NCBI GenBank assembly: GCA_946965045.2
Contig: OX337228.1
Span: 4,278,001 to 4,342,000 of the forward strand
Source of the DNA: Epithemia pelagica
Lineage: Eukaryota; Protista; Bacillariophyta
Length of the DNA: 64,000 nt
Direction of reading: 5' to 3'
Under the pieces are notes generated by a model. The model was not told where the DNA came from. It worked only from the letters and a program-made list of their open reading frames with translations, and did not search any database. Below are positions 1 to 10,207 of this stretch, one piece after another; the first letter of the stretch is position 1; each line of letters begins with the position of its first letter. The position numbers and the translations under genes were made by a program.

Positions 1-3000
1 ATCTTCGAACTGGTGTCCTGACGTTGTTGTTATTGTCATGATTGTTGATGTATCGATGAGGTTCCGAATAATGAGGTGGATGGTCATGATGATCGATGGC
101 CGTTTGAGATCGTCGAACAGGCGTTGTTTCTGCTTCGTGTTGTGTACCACCACTTCTTGATCGCGGAAGCAGATCGGGAATCCGGGAATTGTGCAATCGT
201 GGTGCTGAGTGTATGGTCCCGCCCGATGTCTGATGCTGGCGAGACGATTCGCTACGCCACGGATTACCCTTTTCGGCAGACTGGCTTTGACGAAATGGAA
301 GCTCAGCAAAAGATGTGTTCGTTATGGTTGGCGTTGTTCTGGAATGCTGCTGCATTGATCCTCCTCGTTCTTGGTTCCACTGGGACAGGGGATCCGTCAC
401 CGGTCGAACGGAAGGTCCGCGCAAGCTGTCGTCTCGATCCACAAATTCCTGGCTTTTGCGTGATTTGCGTTGCGGATCATTGATAGCGCTTAGACTATCA
501 AACGATCCTAGTGTCTTCAAAGCTCTTATAGACTTCCAGTAGTCTCGCGTGTGACCATTTCCTTTGTTGTTTGGAGCCCCATCTCCTGTTCCCGTTCCCA
601 TTGTCGAACGTTGCGAATCGAATGGCTTGGCAGAGGATCCAGACATGGTGTCTCCTTGCCGATTGGACCGCCCTACTATCGATGACGGAGGAGACAGCAA
701 TTGGGATGCGGTTTCCTGAAACGGCTGGATTCTGGAAGCAACAGTTTCTCTCACAGAAGTGAAAGGACGATGACCATCTCGTTCTATGCCAACTTCAATG
801 GACGTTGAGCCCCTAAAGTCTTCCTGCGCAGAAGTGCTGTGTGGAGAGGCCACGGTATCACGAACAGAGGTAAATGGAGGGTGATTCGATATCGTTTCCG
901 GGTTGATCGATTCTGATGTCATGGTTGCCGAATCCCCGTCATTGAGTGGATTCAATGCTTGATCGTTTCCGCTTGGATCCACGTCGGCCGAAGAGAAGAC
1001 TGGAATGTCTCCGTCCATGGAAAGAGGCGCTGGAATTCTTGTCGCCATGGCAGTTGCTGGTGTTGGATCAGAAGAACATTGTGCGAGCCCTACCGGTACT
1101 CTCCCTCCTTCAAATGAATACTCATCAATAGGCATTACATGTCCGGGAAGATGAGACCTCGACGGTGTACTTTCTCGAGAGCGATTGTCGGCCACAGGAG
1201 TAAAAGTCTGCTCTTCACTAGTTTGCAAATATGAATTCGTTGAAATTGGTACAGGAGTGTTCCTAACCTGTACCGAGGGCTCTTGGACCGCAAATTTGTC
1301 TGGAACTTCTTCCTCCTGGTGATACTTGCGTAGAGTTGCTCCAGCGTCATCAGACTCAGATGATGACGAGGTGGGATCGAAGAGTGATATATCTGAATCT
1401 TCGGCAAAAGTAACTTTGTGATTACGTCTGGATCGAGAGCCCGTGGAGCTGTGAGAACCAGCCGAAGGAGTTATTAGAGATGAAGGTTTTTCAATATCAT
1501 CTCTGTTTTGGCGAGAATGGGGAAGACCTTTTCTCTTCCTTCTCACTGCTACCTTCTTTGGTGACCTGGAAACTGGACTGTGTTGATCGGACAATGACAC
1601 AAGATCACTGAACAAAGAGCTGTCATCGTCGTCGTCCCGTGCATCCAGTACCGACGCCCGACTCTTTTCCTGGAGACTTTCTTTCAGACTTCTTAGTCGC
1701 ATCATCTTCACGTCTTCTGGGCTTGGAGTTTTCCCCTCTGAAACATCTTGTCTGCCTGTGATGTCCGGAGCAGCAACGGGAATCCATGTACTTCTTGGTG
1801 ACTGTTCCCAATTTGCCGCTTCTCCTCCAACCCACGGTGCACTCGGATTGTTCCGAATTTGCTTCTTTCGAAGAAGATTATTTTGAAGAGCGATTTCATC
1901 GATGGAGTCCTTTTGGATGTTGGTATCGAAGAGAACACCGTCGGGGTCAAGTCCACTCGAGCGTGTGTTGGGGCCAATTGATGAGTTACGTATGTTGTCT
2001 TGAAACGAGGGAATTGTGGCGGGTGGATCATGGTTAGTCCGTTGCGCAGTTGGTATTTCTCCTACTCGTCTAGCAATCTGGGAATGCAGCAGCTCTGGAC
2101 TCGATCGCTTATTCATGGTCGAAGTGGGCCGTGGTGACGAGTGGTTTCTCGTTGCTACCAATATACTTGGTGAATTCAACGGGGACTGGCCCTCTGGTGC
2201 TTCTTCGGATGATGATGACGACGATGGGAAAATCTGCTGATCAAAGTCCCAGTCTCCCGGCTTCTGCTTCGGCGAAGCAGTCGAACTTCGCATGTCTGAA
2301 GGTACTCTGGACGGCTGCCTCGGAGGAGATTGCAAAATGGAATCCGGATCATTGTCGTGAAACAAACCTCGAAACTCGGCGGATGCCTGCATCCACGACT
2401 GACTTTTCTTTGGACTTGGCCTTCGTTTGTCTCTGAGTGATTGTTTGGCCTTTTCTTCAGGATGTAGGGTGAAATGATGTTCCTGATTGACATCATTCCA
2501 TCTCACCCGACGAACGTTTCGCTTGTTCTTCGTTCCCTTTCCCTTGTCTTCTTTCGAAATGGCTTCCTCCAGGAGACCTTTGAACCATTCACTTGCGCCA
2601 TTAGAACCTGATGACGAAGTTTCAAGAACGAGTTTATCAAGTTCTTCTTCTTCCTTTGATTTTTTATCCGACCTCTGACGTTGTTTGGATGCACTTCGTA
2701 TTCTGGATCGGCTTTTGATCGGAGTACCCTCGGTATGAGACGAGCCGCCATGAAACTCTTTCTCTTGTTTCTCCAGTCGCTCGAGATGTTCCATGAAGTT
2801 ATCAATTCGCGTTTCAGTTGCCTTGGATGACTCGGTTGCAACACTAGAAGAAGACCCATCCCAGTGTAATGGACCATTGAAAGTCGAATTTCGTTCTCCA
2901 TCATCTTGAAATTGCCTCCACGAGGCAGTTTCACTATGACTCGACCTACTCCCGTGGGGCGAATCAGAATCTTGCGAGCTCTGCAGGAAAGGAACGCCAT

Positions 3001-3169
3001 CGTCGTTGTCATCATTGTCTTTTGACGAGGAGCGTAAATTGCTATTGTGTATGGGACTTGTGAACGAATAGCCTTTTCTTTGCGATTGTCTCGAACGCTC
3101 GAACTGCCCTATCCGTTGAGACACTAGTCCATCTCCAATGTCGCGCGTTCTTAGTCGACGGCCTACCAT
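1..3169 (-). CDS. Large low-complexity hypothetical protein, 3'-partial (>=1056 codons, runs off window start)
   Basis: Manual translation of the minus frame from ATG 3169 (MVGRRLRTRDIGDG...; another in-frame ATG at 3277) to position 2 shows no stop. The track lists no minus ORF in this frame. S/P/R/D-rich, no recognisable domain; start uncertain. Confidence 0.8.
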   Translation of the reverse strand, partial: MVGRRLRTRDIGDGLVSQRIGQFERSRQSQRKGYSFTSPIHNSNLRSSSKDNDDNDDGVPFLQSSQDSDSPHGSRSSHSETASWRQFQDDGERNSTFNGPLHWDGSSSSVATESSKATETRIDNFMEHLERLEKQEKEFHGGSSHTEGTPIKSRSRIRSASKQRQRSDKKSKEEEELDKLVLETSSSGSNGASEWFKGLLEEAISKEDKGKGTKNKRNVRRVRWNDVNQEHHFTLHPEEKAKQSLRDKRRPSPKKSQSWMQASAEFRGLFHDNDPDSILQSPPRQPSRVPSDMRSSTASPKQKPGDWDFDQQIFPSSSSSSEEAPEGQSPLNSPSILVATRNHSSPRPTSTMNKRSSPELLHSQIARRVGEIPTAQRTNHDPPATIPSFQDNIRNSSIGPNTRSSGLDPDGVLFDTNIQKDSIDEIALQNNLLRKKQIRNNPSAPWVGGEAANWEQSPRSTWIPVAAPDITGRQDVSEGKTPSPEDVKMMRLRSLKESLQEKSRASVLDARDDDDDSSLFSDLVSLSDQHSPVSRSPKKVAVRRKRKGLPHSRQNRDDIEKPSSLITPSAGSHSSTGSRSRRNHKVTFAEDSDISLFDPTSSSSESDDAGATLRKYHQEEEVPDKFAVQEPSVQVRNTPVPISTNSYLQTSEEQTFTPVADNRSRESTPSRSHLPGHVMPIDEYSFEGGRVPVGLAQCSSDPTPATAMATRIPAPLSMDGDIPVFSSADVDPSGNDQALNPLNDGDSATMTSESINPETISNHPPFTSVRDTVASPHSTSAQEDFRGSTSIEVGIERDGHRPFTSVRETVASRIQPFQETASQLLSPPSSIVGRSNRQGDTMSGSSAKPFDSQRSTMGTGTGDGAPNNKGNGHTRDYWKSIRALKTLGSFDSLSAINDPQRKSRKSQEFVDRDDSLRGPSVRPVTDPLSQWNQERGGSMQQHSRTTPTITNTSFAELPFRQSQSAEKGNPWRSESSRQHQTSGGTIHSAPRLHNSRIPDLLPRSRSGGTQHEAETTPVRRSQTAIDHHDHPPHYSEPHRYINNHDNNNNVRTPVRR

Positions 3170-3606
3170 GATATGTAGTTCTTTCCAATCACCATGGTCT
3201 CCGATGTTCGTCCGCTGTCGTCTGTTTTTACTTTGAGAGAGAGGGTAGCAAGCTATCGCTAAAATGTGAGGGGACATGGCAAAAATGAGGAGCTGGCCTG
3301 CTTGCATGTTCCGAGTCGCCAAGAGCAGACTTCTTGTCGGAGTGCGACAATTTGGTCTTGGTCGCGTAGTCATACTTGGATTTCTGTAGGAGGGCTGTAA
3401 TCAATATGCGCGCCTGTTCCAAAATAGCCAGATGACCATGAACCATGAACACTCTATTTTGAAAAAATGAACAAACACCACACAGGGCGGTGACCATGAA
3501 AATTTTGTTCGGAGAGTGCAGAGTAACAAATCGTAACAGTCAATTTCTAAGAGTACCTGGAATAAATCAGTCTTTCTCGGTTATGGAATCGGAGCAACTG
3601 CCTTCT

Positions 3607-6600
3607 CTAGTACGGAATTCCTCTGGGAAAGTGCTTTTTACGCCACCTGCTTCGACGAACAGAGCTTGTAAGGTCAGGTGTCAATCGGGAGATTCGATCG
3701 CCAGGTTTCAGTCGGACGTTCTTCAAGGTACCACATTCAGGAATATCTTCCCAGCTGTCAGAGTCATAATCTTCGTTAGTAAGTGTTTTGAAACCCTTCC
3801 GCATATTATCATGGTCAGCATCATCATAGGACCCACTCAGGTTTGAATCCAAGGGGGCAAATGAAGGAGTCCGGAACCACTCATCCGTCCAGTCAGGGGC
3901 TCTCATTGGCATCTCCATTGATTTTGGACGACACACGGGCATGTACACTTTACGATTGCCCTCTGAAATCCTTAGTCTTCCAAACCAATTCCTCGCAAAA
4001 CTAATACTAGCTTCATGAAGAAACCTTTGTTTGACATCGCGGTGTTCCCATGGGACCTTATCGTGTCGATGCATTTCCCCGTAAACGGTCGAAAGATCGT
4101 AAAGTGAGTTAATATCAACACCAATATATCCAGGGTGGCGATTGATGCGTTGTTTGTAAGGCATCCGCCATCGCGCTCCAAGTTCACGATAAGAACGACG
4201 GTAGCACGTTCGAGCGTACTCAGAGATCCTTGATGAAGCCTTGACTCCGTCAACTTGTGGTGGTTCCACAATCTTTGGACTACTGCCGTGTTTCTTCTTG
4301 TTGTTTATCCACTTTTTCTGGTTGAGATTCCACATTCCCATCTTTCTCCTTGCAATCCACATTCTCTCCCTCTCTACTGCACTCACTATGGTCGGCCGTA
4401 TCATGCGCGTGGGGAAATTATTTGAATCTCCACAGTCATCGACATCCATATCCTTCGATGAAGAGACGCCATTTCCGGGGGACCGTGAGACCCCATTTCT
4501 TGGTGAGAATGAGATGCGACGATCTTTTGGTTTTTCTTGGTTGCTCCAGAACTGAGCTATTTCTTGGTCAATAGATCTTATCTGTTCTTTATTCTTTTGT
4601 TCCTTTTCGTGTTCTTCTGCAGCGTGGACGCGTGCCGCGATACCTGCAATGGTTCTATTGATGTCGTCGTCATTTTCTGTTTTGCTTTGACTTCGTCCAG
4701 CGTGCCTGGGACTACGTGATCCATCCTTGTTCAGATACGATTGGGTGGTCGACAATCCAAGTTCTCTGTTGACGTTGGCATCGTATTCGTCAGCTTCCGC
4801 TGATCGAGAACCGAGCTTTGCTGGTACCTCCCACCAAGGCCCATCGTTACTCCCAATACTTGCTTCAGATTCATCAAAACTCTCCTCTCCTTCCTGTGCT
4901 TCATAGATCACGTTACGCGATTGTTCCGCTCGAGTACTAGTCGGTGCTTTTGAGTTTACAGGTTGAACCTGCATGCTGTTCGCAGAAATGATCTGATCGA
5001 GGAAATGCTCTATCATTTCATCCTCTGCCTTAATCTCATGGTTCCCTCTTCGTGAAACGCATTCATCCGATGGAGCCTGTTCAATGTCAGTTTTCATGGG
5101 AAATGACACCTCAAACATTTCAAAAAGCCGTTCAGTCGTTCGCTGGGGTAGGCCCATTGCAATTGTTTTGGCACGAAGATTGGCAAGATCACCATAGGTG
5201 TACTGTCCGTCGTATAGAAATGGAAAGACAAAACGAACAACTCGAGCCAGAAGTACTCTGTCGACTTCTCCCGCCTCAGAAGCAACTTTGAAAACAAGAT
5301 GATCGAAGGAAGTGGAAGCCAAAATCGGGTCGGTGGTATTATTTGGCAACCTCCCTCGACTTGGACTGTCAGGAGAGGATTTCTGTTCTTCCTTTTTCTC
5401 TTCAATATTAGAGGGAGAGGTAACTGTGTTGCGTTCTATGTTGAGCTTTCGTCCCCTTGTCAGGAACAGACGCGATTCAGGTGCCGGTGGCAACATACGC
5501 CTTTGATGACTGCTTTGAGCCTTCATGGATGAGCCTCGAGTTTGAACCCCAGCACGAGAAAAAGATTGAGAGGCATCATGCGATCCTGCACCAACGTTCA
5601 TTGAGCTATGAGATCTGGTAGAAGTAAATTCAGTTCCTTGAGCAAAGTCAGAGAAACGATAGTAATCATCATCGCCCGGGAGCGCGTCCAGCGTACTACC
5701 GCTTGGACTCCTCATTGCCTCCATTTCGACGCTGCTTGACCCTGCGACCGGCCATAAGTCAGATGCCTCATCCCCTAAATAATTGTCCTCTGACCTGGGG
5801 CTTACGAGTTCCCCAGATTCATCCAAAACAAGGCCATTGGTCTCTGTTTCAGGGTCAACAAGCTTCCTTTGATGCTGTGAAACATCGTTCGAGCCACCGG
5901 TTTCGTCAGAATCCGACAGAGTGGGAGGATCCTTTTTCATTCCTCTATACCTGGGATCGTCTGCTTCGTCAGCCGAGGGAGGGTCACAGAGCTGGTGAAA
6001 CGTCGGGGTAACAAATGTCGCTGAGGCACCACCCGGCTCGAGAGAATTTGACAATCCAACGGATGAAGTAGTCCTAATGGCAAATCGAGATTTGTCTTGG
6101 CTCCCCTCCTCGATTACGCTCATTTTTTCGGAGCTTTCTTCCACCCGACTTAGGGGACCATGATGCACCTCCGATTTAGCGAGAATCGAGTTTTCCGCAT
6201 GACTTTTTGCAAGAAACTGCGACTTGTCGTAGATTTCTTGGTCCAGTGAAGACATACCATTTTGTGTAGGATTCGATTGATCAATAGACTCCACGAAGCT
6301 ACTGATTCGCGAGCCATTCGAACTTTTCCTGGAACTAGCTCGCAGTTTTCTATCATTGCCTTTCTCCTGGACCTGCTCCGCAAAACTCACCGACTTGGAA
6401 ACAGTGCTAGCACCGTCACTGTCGATCCCTTTTAATCGACGTACAGAGCTGGCAACACTGCGGTCAGACTGTTGATTGTGATTCAAAACATCAATGTATT
6501 GACTGACCAGATGAAGCGTCTCTTTGTCCACCCCTGCCTGAGCATTCAATTGTTCGTAGACGAACTGAGACTCTGCGTCACTAAACGTGAGCTGGAGATC

Positions 6601-7473
6601 ATTTATTGAAGGCTGATCTATCGATTTTCCCGAATCTAACCTGGCGATCTCTTCCTTTGGCTTGTCCATGTCATGACGATCGTCAATGCTTTGATCATCG
6701 GTCATAATTTGATGATCGGCTGTACTTTGATGATCGGCTATGCTTTGATGATCGGCTGTACTTTGATGATCGGCTGTACTTTGATGATCGGCTGTGCTTT
6801 GATGATCGGCGGTGGCTTTCAACTCGTCTTCATGATTGATTTCTATACCTTGCTTTTCCACCTCTTTTGCCTCAACATTTCGTAAGTTCGTTTCCACCGA
6901 CGAATGCTCAGTGGCCCCAGCGGTTGTTGCAGTCAAATGTCCAACACTTTTGACACTTTTAAAACTCTTTTTCTGGCTGATAGAATTTACCTCATCCAAA
7001 GTTTCTTTATTGCTGTTCTCTTGATCACTGTCTGTCGAGTCAACAATGGTTTCTTCCAAAAATCCAGCATATGGATCCGGATTGGAATCCACAACTATCG
7101 CGCCTTTCGCCTCTCCCATTATCGCTGCTGTCGTGTCACAGCTTCTGATCGTCTCAAGAACCTTTTCCTCGTTTGTTGCATTTGCTGTGCGAGGTGTATC
7201 TCCTTCGGTCATCGCCGACTGTGTGATAACTGGTGGAAGGATAAGACCTTGCGTATCATGACGTGTCGATAACGGTGGCCTAGAATCCGTTTTGCGGCTT
7301 GCGGCTGCGGCTGCCGCCGCTTGCAACACTCGGCTACCGGAACTTCTCATGCTTCTTCTACTCCTCGAAGCTCTGGACATATCGGCAGCATACCGAGAGG
7401 CTCTGGAACTTCTTGTCGTCCTTGACGACAGCTCATGATCAAGGAGGACATCAGAAGACAGTATTTCATCCAT
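3607..7473 (-). CDS. Hypothetical protein, 1288 aa, mostly disordered with a W/Y-rich C-terminal ~230 aa domain
   Basis: Uninterrupted ORF; C-terminus RWRMPYKQRI...PWEHRDVKQRFL...RRSRWRKKHFPRGIPY looks globular; internal hexapeptide repeat. Confidence 0.85.
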   Translation of the reverse strand: MDEILSSDVLLDHELSSRTTRSSRASRYAADMSRASRSRRSMRSSGSRVLQAAAAAAASRKTDSRPPLSTRHDTQGLILPPVITQSAMTEGDTPRTANATNEEKVLETIRSCDTTAAIMGEAKGAIVVDSNPDPYAGFLEETIVDSTDSDQENSNKETLDEVNSISQKKSFKSVKSVGHLTATTAGATEHSSVETNLRNVEAKEVEKQGIEINHEDELKATADHQSTADHQSTADHQSTADHQSIADHQSTADHQIMTDDQSIDDRHDMDKPKEEIARLDSGKSIDQPSINDLQLTFSDAESQFVYEQLNAQAGVDKETLHLVSQYIDVLNHNQQSDRSVASSVRRLKGIDSDGASTVSKSVSFAEQVQEKGNDRKLRASSRKSSNGSRISSFVESIDQSNPTQNGMSSLDQEIYDKSQFLAKSHAENSILAKSEVHHGPLSRVEESSEKMSVIEEGSQDKSRFAIRTTSSVGLSNSLEPGGASATFVTPTFHQLCDPPSADEADDPRYRGMKKDPPTLSDSDETGGSNDVSQHQRKLVDPETETNGLVLDESGELVSPRSEDNYLGDEASDLWPVAGSSSVEMEAMRSPSGSTLDALPGDDDYYRFSDFAQGTEFTSTRSHSSMNVGAGSHDASQSFSRAGVQTRGSSMKAQSSHQRRMLPPAPESRLFLTRGRKLNIERNTVTSPSNIEEKKEEQKSSPDSPSRGRLPNNTTDPILASTSFDHLVFKVASEAGEVDRVLLARVVRFVFPFLYDGQYTYGDLANLRAKTIAMGLPQRTTERLFEMFEVSFPMKTDIEQAPSDECVSRRGNHEIKAEDEMIEHFLDQIISANSMQVQPVNSKAPTSTRAEQSRNVIYEAQEGEESFDESEASIGSNDGPWWEVPAKLGSRSAEADEYDANVNRELGLSTTQSYLNKDGSRSPRHAGRSQSKTENDDDINRTIAGIAARVHAAEEHEKEQKNKEQIRSIDQEIAQFWSNQEKPKDRRISFSPRNGVSRSPGNGVSSSKDMDVDDCGDSNNFPTRMIRPTIVSAVERERMWIARRKMGMWNLNQKKWINNKKKHGSSPKIVEPPQVDGVKASSRISEYARTCYRRSYRELGARWRMPYKQRINRHPGYIGVDINSLYDLSTVYGEMHRHDKVPWEHRDVKQRFLHEASISFARNWFGRLRISEGNRKVYMPVCRPKSMEMPMRAPDWTDEWFRTPSFAPLDSNLSGSYDDADHDNMRKGFKTLTNEDYDSDSWEDIPECGTLKNVRLKPGDRISRLTPDLTSSVRRSRWRKKHFPRGIPY
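6688..6812. repeat. Coding 18-bp tandem repeat (~6-7 units, ctttgatgatcggctgta on +) encoding (TADHQS)n
   Basis: Directly visible; translates as TADHQSTADHQSTADHQSTADHQSIADHQSTADHQ on the minus strand. Confidence 0.95.
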
Positions 7474-7759
7474 TCTTTCTCTTCAAATTGCATATGTTTT
7501 GGATCGAAGAAGGCCACTGAAAAAACAACAACATCAAAAGGCGCCGCTTCTATCAGGCAAAAAATGGCCCTCCTTGTCGCTAGTCGCTTCTGCGTCTCCG
7601 GCATACTCGCCAAAATGCCAAGGAGGTGCGAGATACGAGATAGGCGTGCGCGTCTCGCGAAATCGGTATCTGGTCGCATATATCGGTCGCATATAAGCCA
7701 TTCATCGATGAGTACGTACTTTTTGGAATGAGACTTCAGGCCGTGTCTTCATAACCACC

Positions 7760-8944
7760 ATGGCCATGGCTTGTACACCTCCAGCACCGTTGGACAGTCC
7801 ATCTTTGACTAACCCCTTGGAGTGTCCTCCTCTTCGATGGGGATTTGTTGGATGCGGTCGAGTTTCGCACGATTTTGTGCAAGCTTTGCACCATGTTTCG
7901 TCAGCTCAAGTGGTGGCATGTGCCGCCCGTGACTTGGAACGAGCCAAGGAGTTTGCCTCGAAACATGGTATTGACAAAGCTTATGGTTCCTACGAAGAAT
8001 TAGCACAAGATCCCAGTGTTGACATTGTCTACGTTGGAAACATTCACATTTTTCGACGAAGTGTAGGAGAAATGTGCCTGATGAACAACAAACATATTTT
8101 ACTGGAAAAGCCAGTCGCCTGCAACCTGGAGGATGCAAAGTACTTGGTGGAGTTGGCTAAGTCCAAGAACTTGTTCATGATGGAAGGAATGTGGACCAGA
8201 TTCTTTCCCGCCGTAGAACAAGCTCGTCTTTTACAAAAGAACGAATTGGGTGAGGTCGTGTCGATTGTGTCTGATTTCCACTTTGCTGCTTCCGATTCCG
8301 AAGATTATCCTTCATCATTTCTCTATAATTGGGAATTGGGTGGTGGTGCCTCCTATTTGGTCTCGCCATATCCAATTGCCGCCGCGACGCTGTTTTTTGA
8401 GCAGGCACCGGATCAAATTCATACTGTCGGTCACGTGGACAAGCAAACAGGTGCAGATTTGCAAGCCGCGATGCTGCTCTCCTTTCCCGCGACAGGCGAC
8501 AAGAGTCCTGCCCATGTAGACGAGAAAGGGACACCCAAATTACCAGGTGCCGGTATGGCTACGCTTACCTTTGGTATGCTTGGAGAATCAGAAGAAGAAA
8601 CCGTAGTTGTTTGCACTCAAGGTCGTCTCATCATCAAAGCTCCTTTCCATTGTCCTACAAAGTTGGTGGTATGCTCCAAAAGCGCAGGTCGCGGCAACAC
8701 GACGGAAACGACCTATGAGTATCCATTGCCCCCTGACACTCCTGAGATTGTCGCGGCGGGCGGCTTCTTTTATCCTAACAGTGCTGGATTCTGCTATGAG
8801 GCCGCAGCAGTTGCGCGATGCATCGCAGCCGGCAAATTGGAGGCACCTCAATACACACATGCGGAAATGTTGCGCGGAATGCATATTTTGGAGCAGGCCC
8901 GTTCCCAACTAGGCCTGGCAGACCCAACGAAAAAGGACTCTTGA
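7760..8944 (+). CDS. Gfo/Idh/MocA family oxidoreductase (dihydrodiol / D-xylose dehydrogenase-like)
   Basis: LRWGFVGCGRVS Rossmann motif, LLEKP motif and FMMEGMWTRFFP, typical of the DHDH subfamily. Confidence 0.9.
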   Translation: MAMACTPPAPLDSPSLTNPLECPPLRWGFVGCGRVSHDFVQALHHVSSAQVVACAARDLERAKEFASKHGIDKAYGSYEELAQDPSVDIVYVGNIHIFRRSVGEMCLMNNKHILLEKPVACNLEDAKYLVELAKSKNLFMMEGMWTRFFPAVEQARLLQKNELGEVVSIVSDFHFAASDSEDYPSSFLYNWELGGGASYLVSPYPIAAATLFFEQAPDQIHTVGHVDKQTGADLQAAMLLSFPATGDKSPAHVDEKGTPKLPGAGMATLTFGMLGESEEETVVVCTQGRLIIKAPFHCPTKLVVCSKSAGRGNTTETTYEYPLPPDTPEIVAAGGFFYPNSAGFCYEAAAVARCIAAGKLEAPQYTHAEMLRGMHILEQARSQLGLADPTKKDS

Positions 8945-9013
8945 ATGGGGCTCCCGGCGAAGATATCGAGGAGGATTTGATAGATCTATTTTAACTTCCT
9001 CCGATAGCTCAAG

Positions 9014-9919
9014 TTATCCATAGAGTCTCATAAGGGTGCCACAGGCACGGCATGAGCCCGTCAGAACATTGGGAGAAGGACATGCGAAGGTGAGAGATTC
9101 GTCGCAATAGTCCGCATGAGTGGTCGTAGCCGTTTCAATCCTTTCAATAAGTCTCTCAAGAGTTGTCACTCCAGGAGCCAGATGGAACGAACACGGGGCG
9201 AAACCTGTGTTGGCGTCGACCACATAACTCTTGTGTCCTACAAAAGCTCGGCTGCACACAATCTCGCACGATCCGTCGTCGCTAAGAACGCTTTCCAGGC
9301 ACCCCTGGAAACATACTGGACATGAGAGTGAAGAATTTCGATACTGCGCAGATTGGTTGTTCTCATAAGAGGCAATTTGATCTTGTAGCAAGCCTTCTTC
9401 TAGATCCAATTCTTCTTCGAGTAGAGCCAGATCTAGATCAGACTCGAATTCCTCCAACAACTCGATAAATTCATCTTCAGACATGGTGTAAGGAGAACCA
9501 TCACCTCCAACTAGCTCTTCCTCACCGTTGTCTCGAAGTAAGGAAGCCTCTTCCATTTCAGCATCGGCCGGAACCCCCACTTCCGTTTCGGTTTTCTCGT
9601 TCATACATTGAACGGGAGATTCAATATGTACTCCACGGTGTCGCAATTCTTCTTCAAGAACCAATCGTGGAGATGTATGATATTCGAAGGCACCTCTAAA
9701 TCTCTTGCGACTCTCCGGACTTTCAAACGCATCATCATCATCGTCATCCTGCCTCTCCTGTCGTGCCCGTTTGGCTCGATGATGCAAAGCACGGCGCAGA
9801 CATGACTCTCGCAGCTGTTCTTTCCACGCCGCCGACTGAGGTATGGTGGGTCTTCTAACCACTCGGGTCTTTCCTTCAGCCTCCGATGTCATGAGACTTG
9901 AGGAAACGACTGTTCTCAT
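9014..9919 (-). CDS. RPAIN: RPA-interacting protein (RPAIN/RIP)-like
   Basis: N-terminal AWKEQLRESCLRR, acidic central region and C-terminal CPVC...H..YC...SCRAC zinc motif, the RPAIN architecture. Confidence 0.7.
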   Translation of the reverse strand: MRTVVSSSLMTSEAEGKTRVVRRPTIPQSAAWKEQLRESCLRRALHHRAKRARQERQDDDDDDAFESPESRKRFRGAFEYHTSPRLVLEEELRHRGVHIESPVQCMNEKTETEVGVPADAEMEEASLLRDNGEEELVGGDGSPYTMSEDEFIELLEEFESDLDLALLEEELDLEEGLLQDQIASYENNQSAQYRNSSLSCPVCFQGCLESVLSDDGSCEIVCSRAFVGHKSYVVDANTGFAPCSFHLAPGVTTLERLIERIETATTTHADYCDESLTFACPSPNVLTGSCRACGTLMRLYG

Positions 9920-10207
9920 AATGAAGATGACTTGTCGTCGCCATCAAAAGCGCCATTGTCTGTTTTGCGCGAAACCGACGAAAGAACAGTGGGTTGGGGA
10001 TTGGGGGATGAGATGGGAGATCTTTCGCGCCGAACGCAGTCCCTCCCTTTGCATGTGCGCGCGCTGGGCGTGCTGCGTCCAATAGCCCGCATACTCAACA
10101 CTGCTTCGATGACTGACGTGTGCCACTCGTAGCCACATCAGACAAGTTTCGCCTTCCGACGGGATTGACTGTTGACTGGTTTGGACCATGAGAAAATAAC
10201 ATCGGCC

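Noticed and set aside
76-3015. Numerous short plus-strand and off-frame ORFs in the track here and across the window
   Set aside because: They are antisense or alternate-frame shadows of long genuine CDSs, with no independent motifs.
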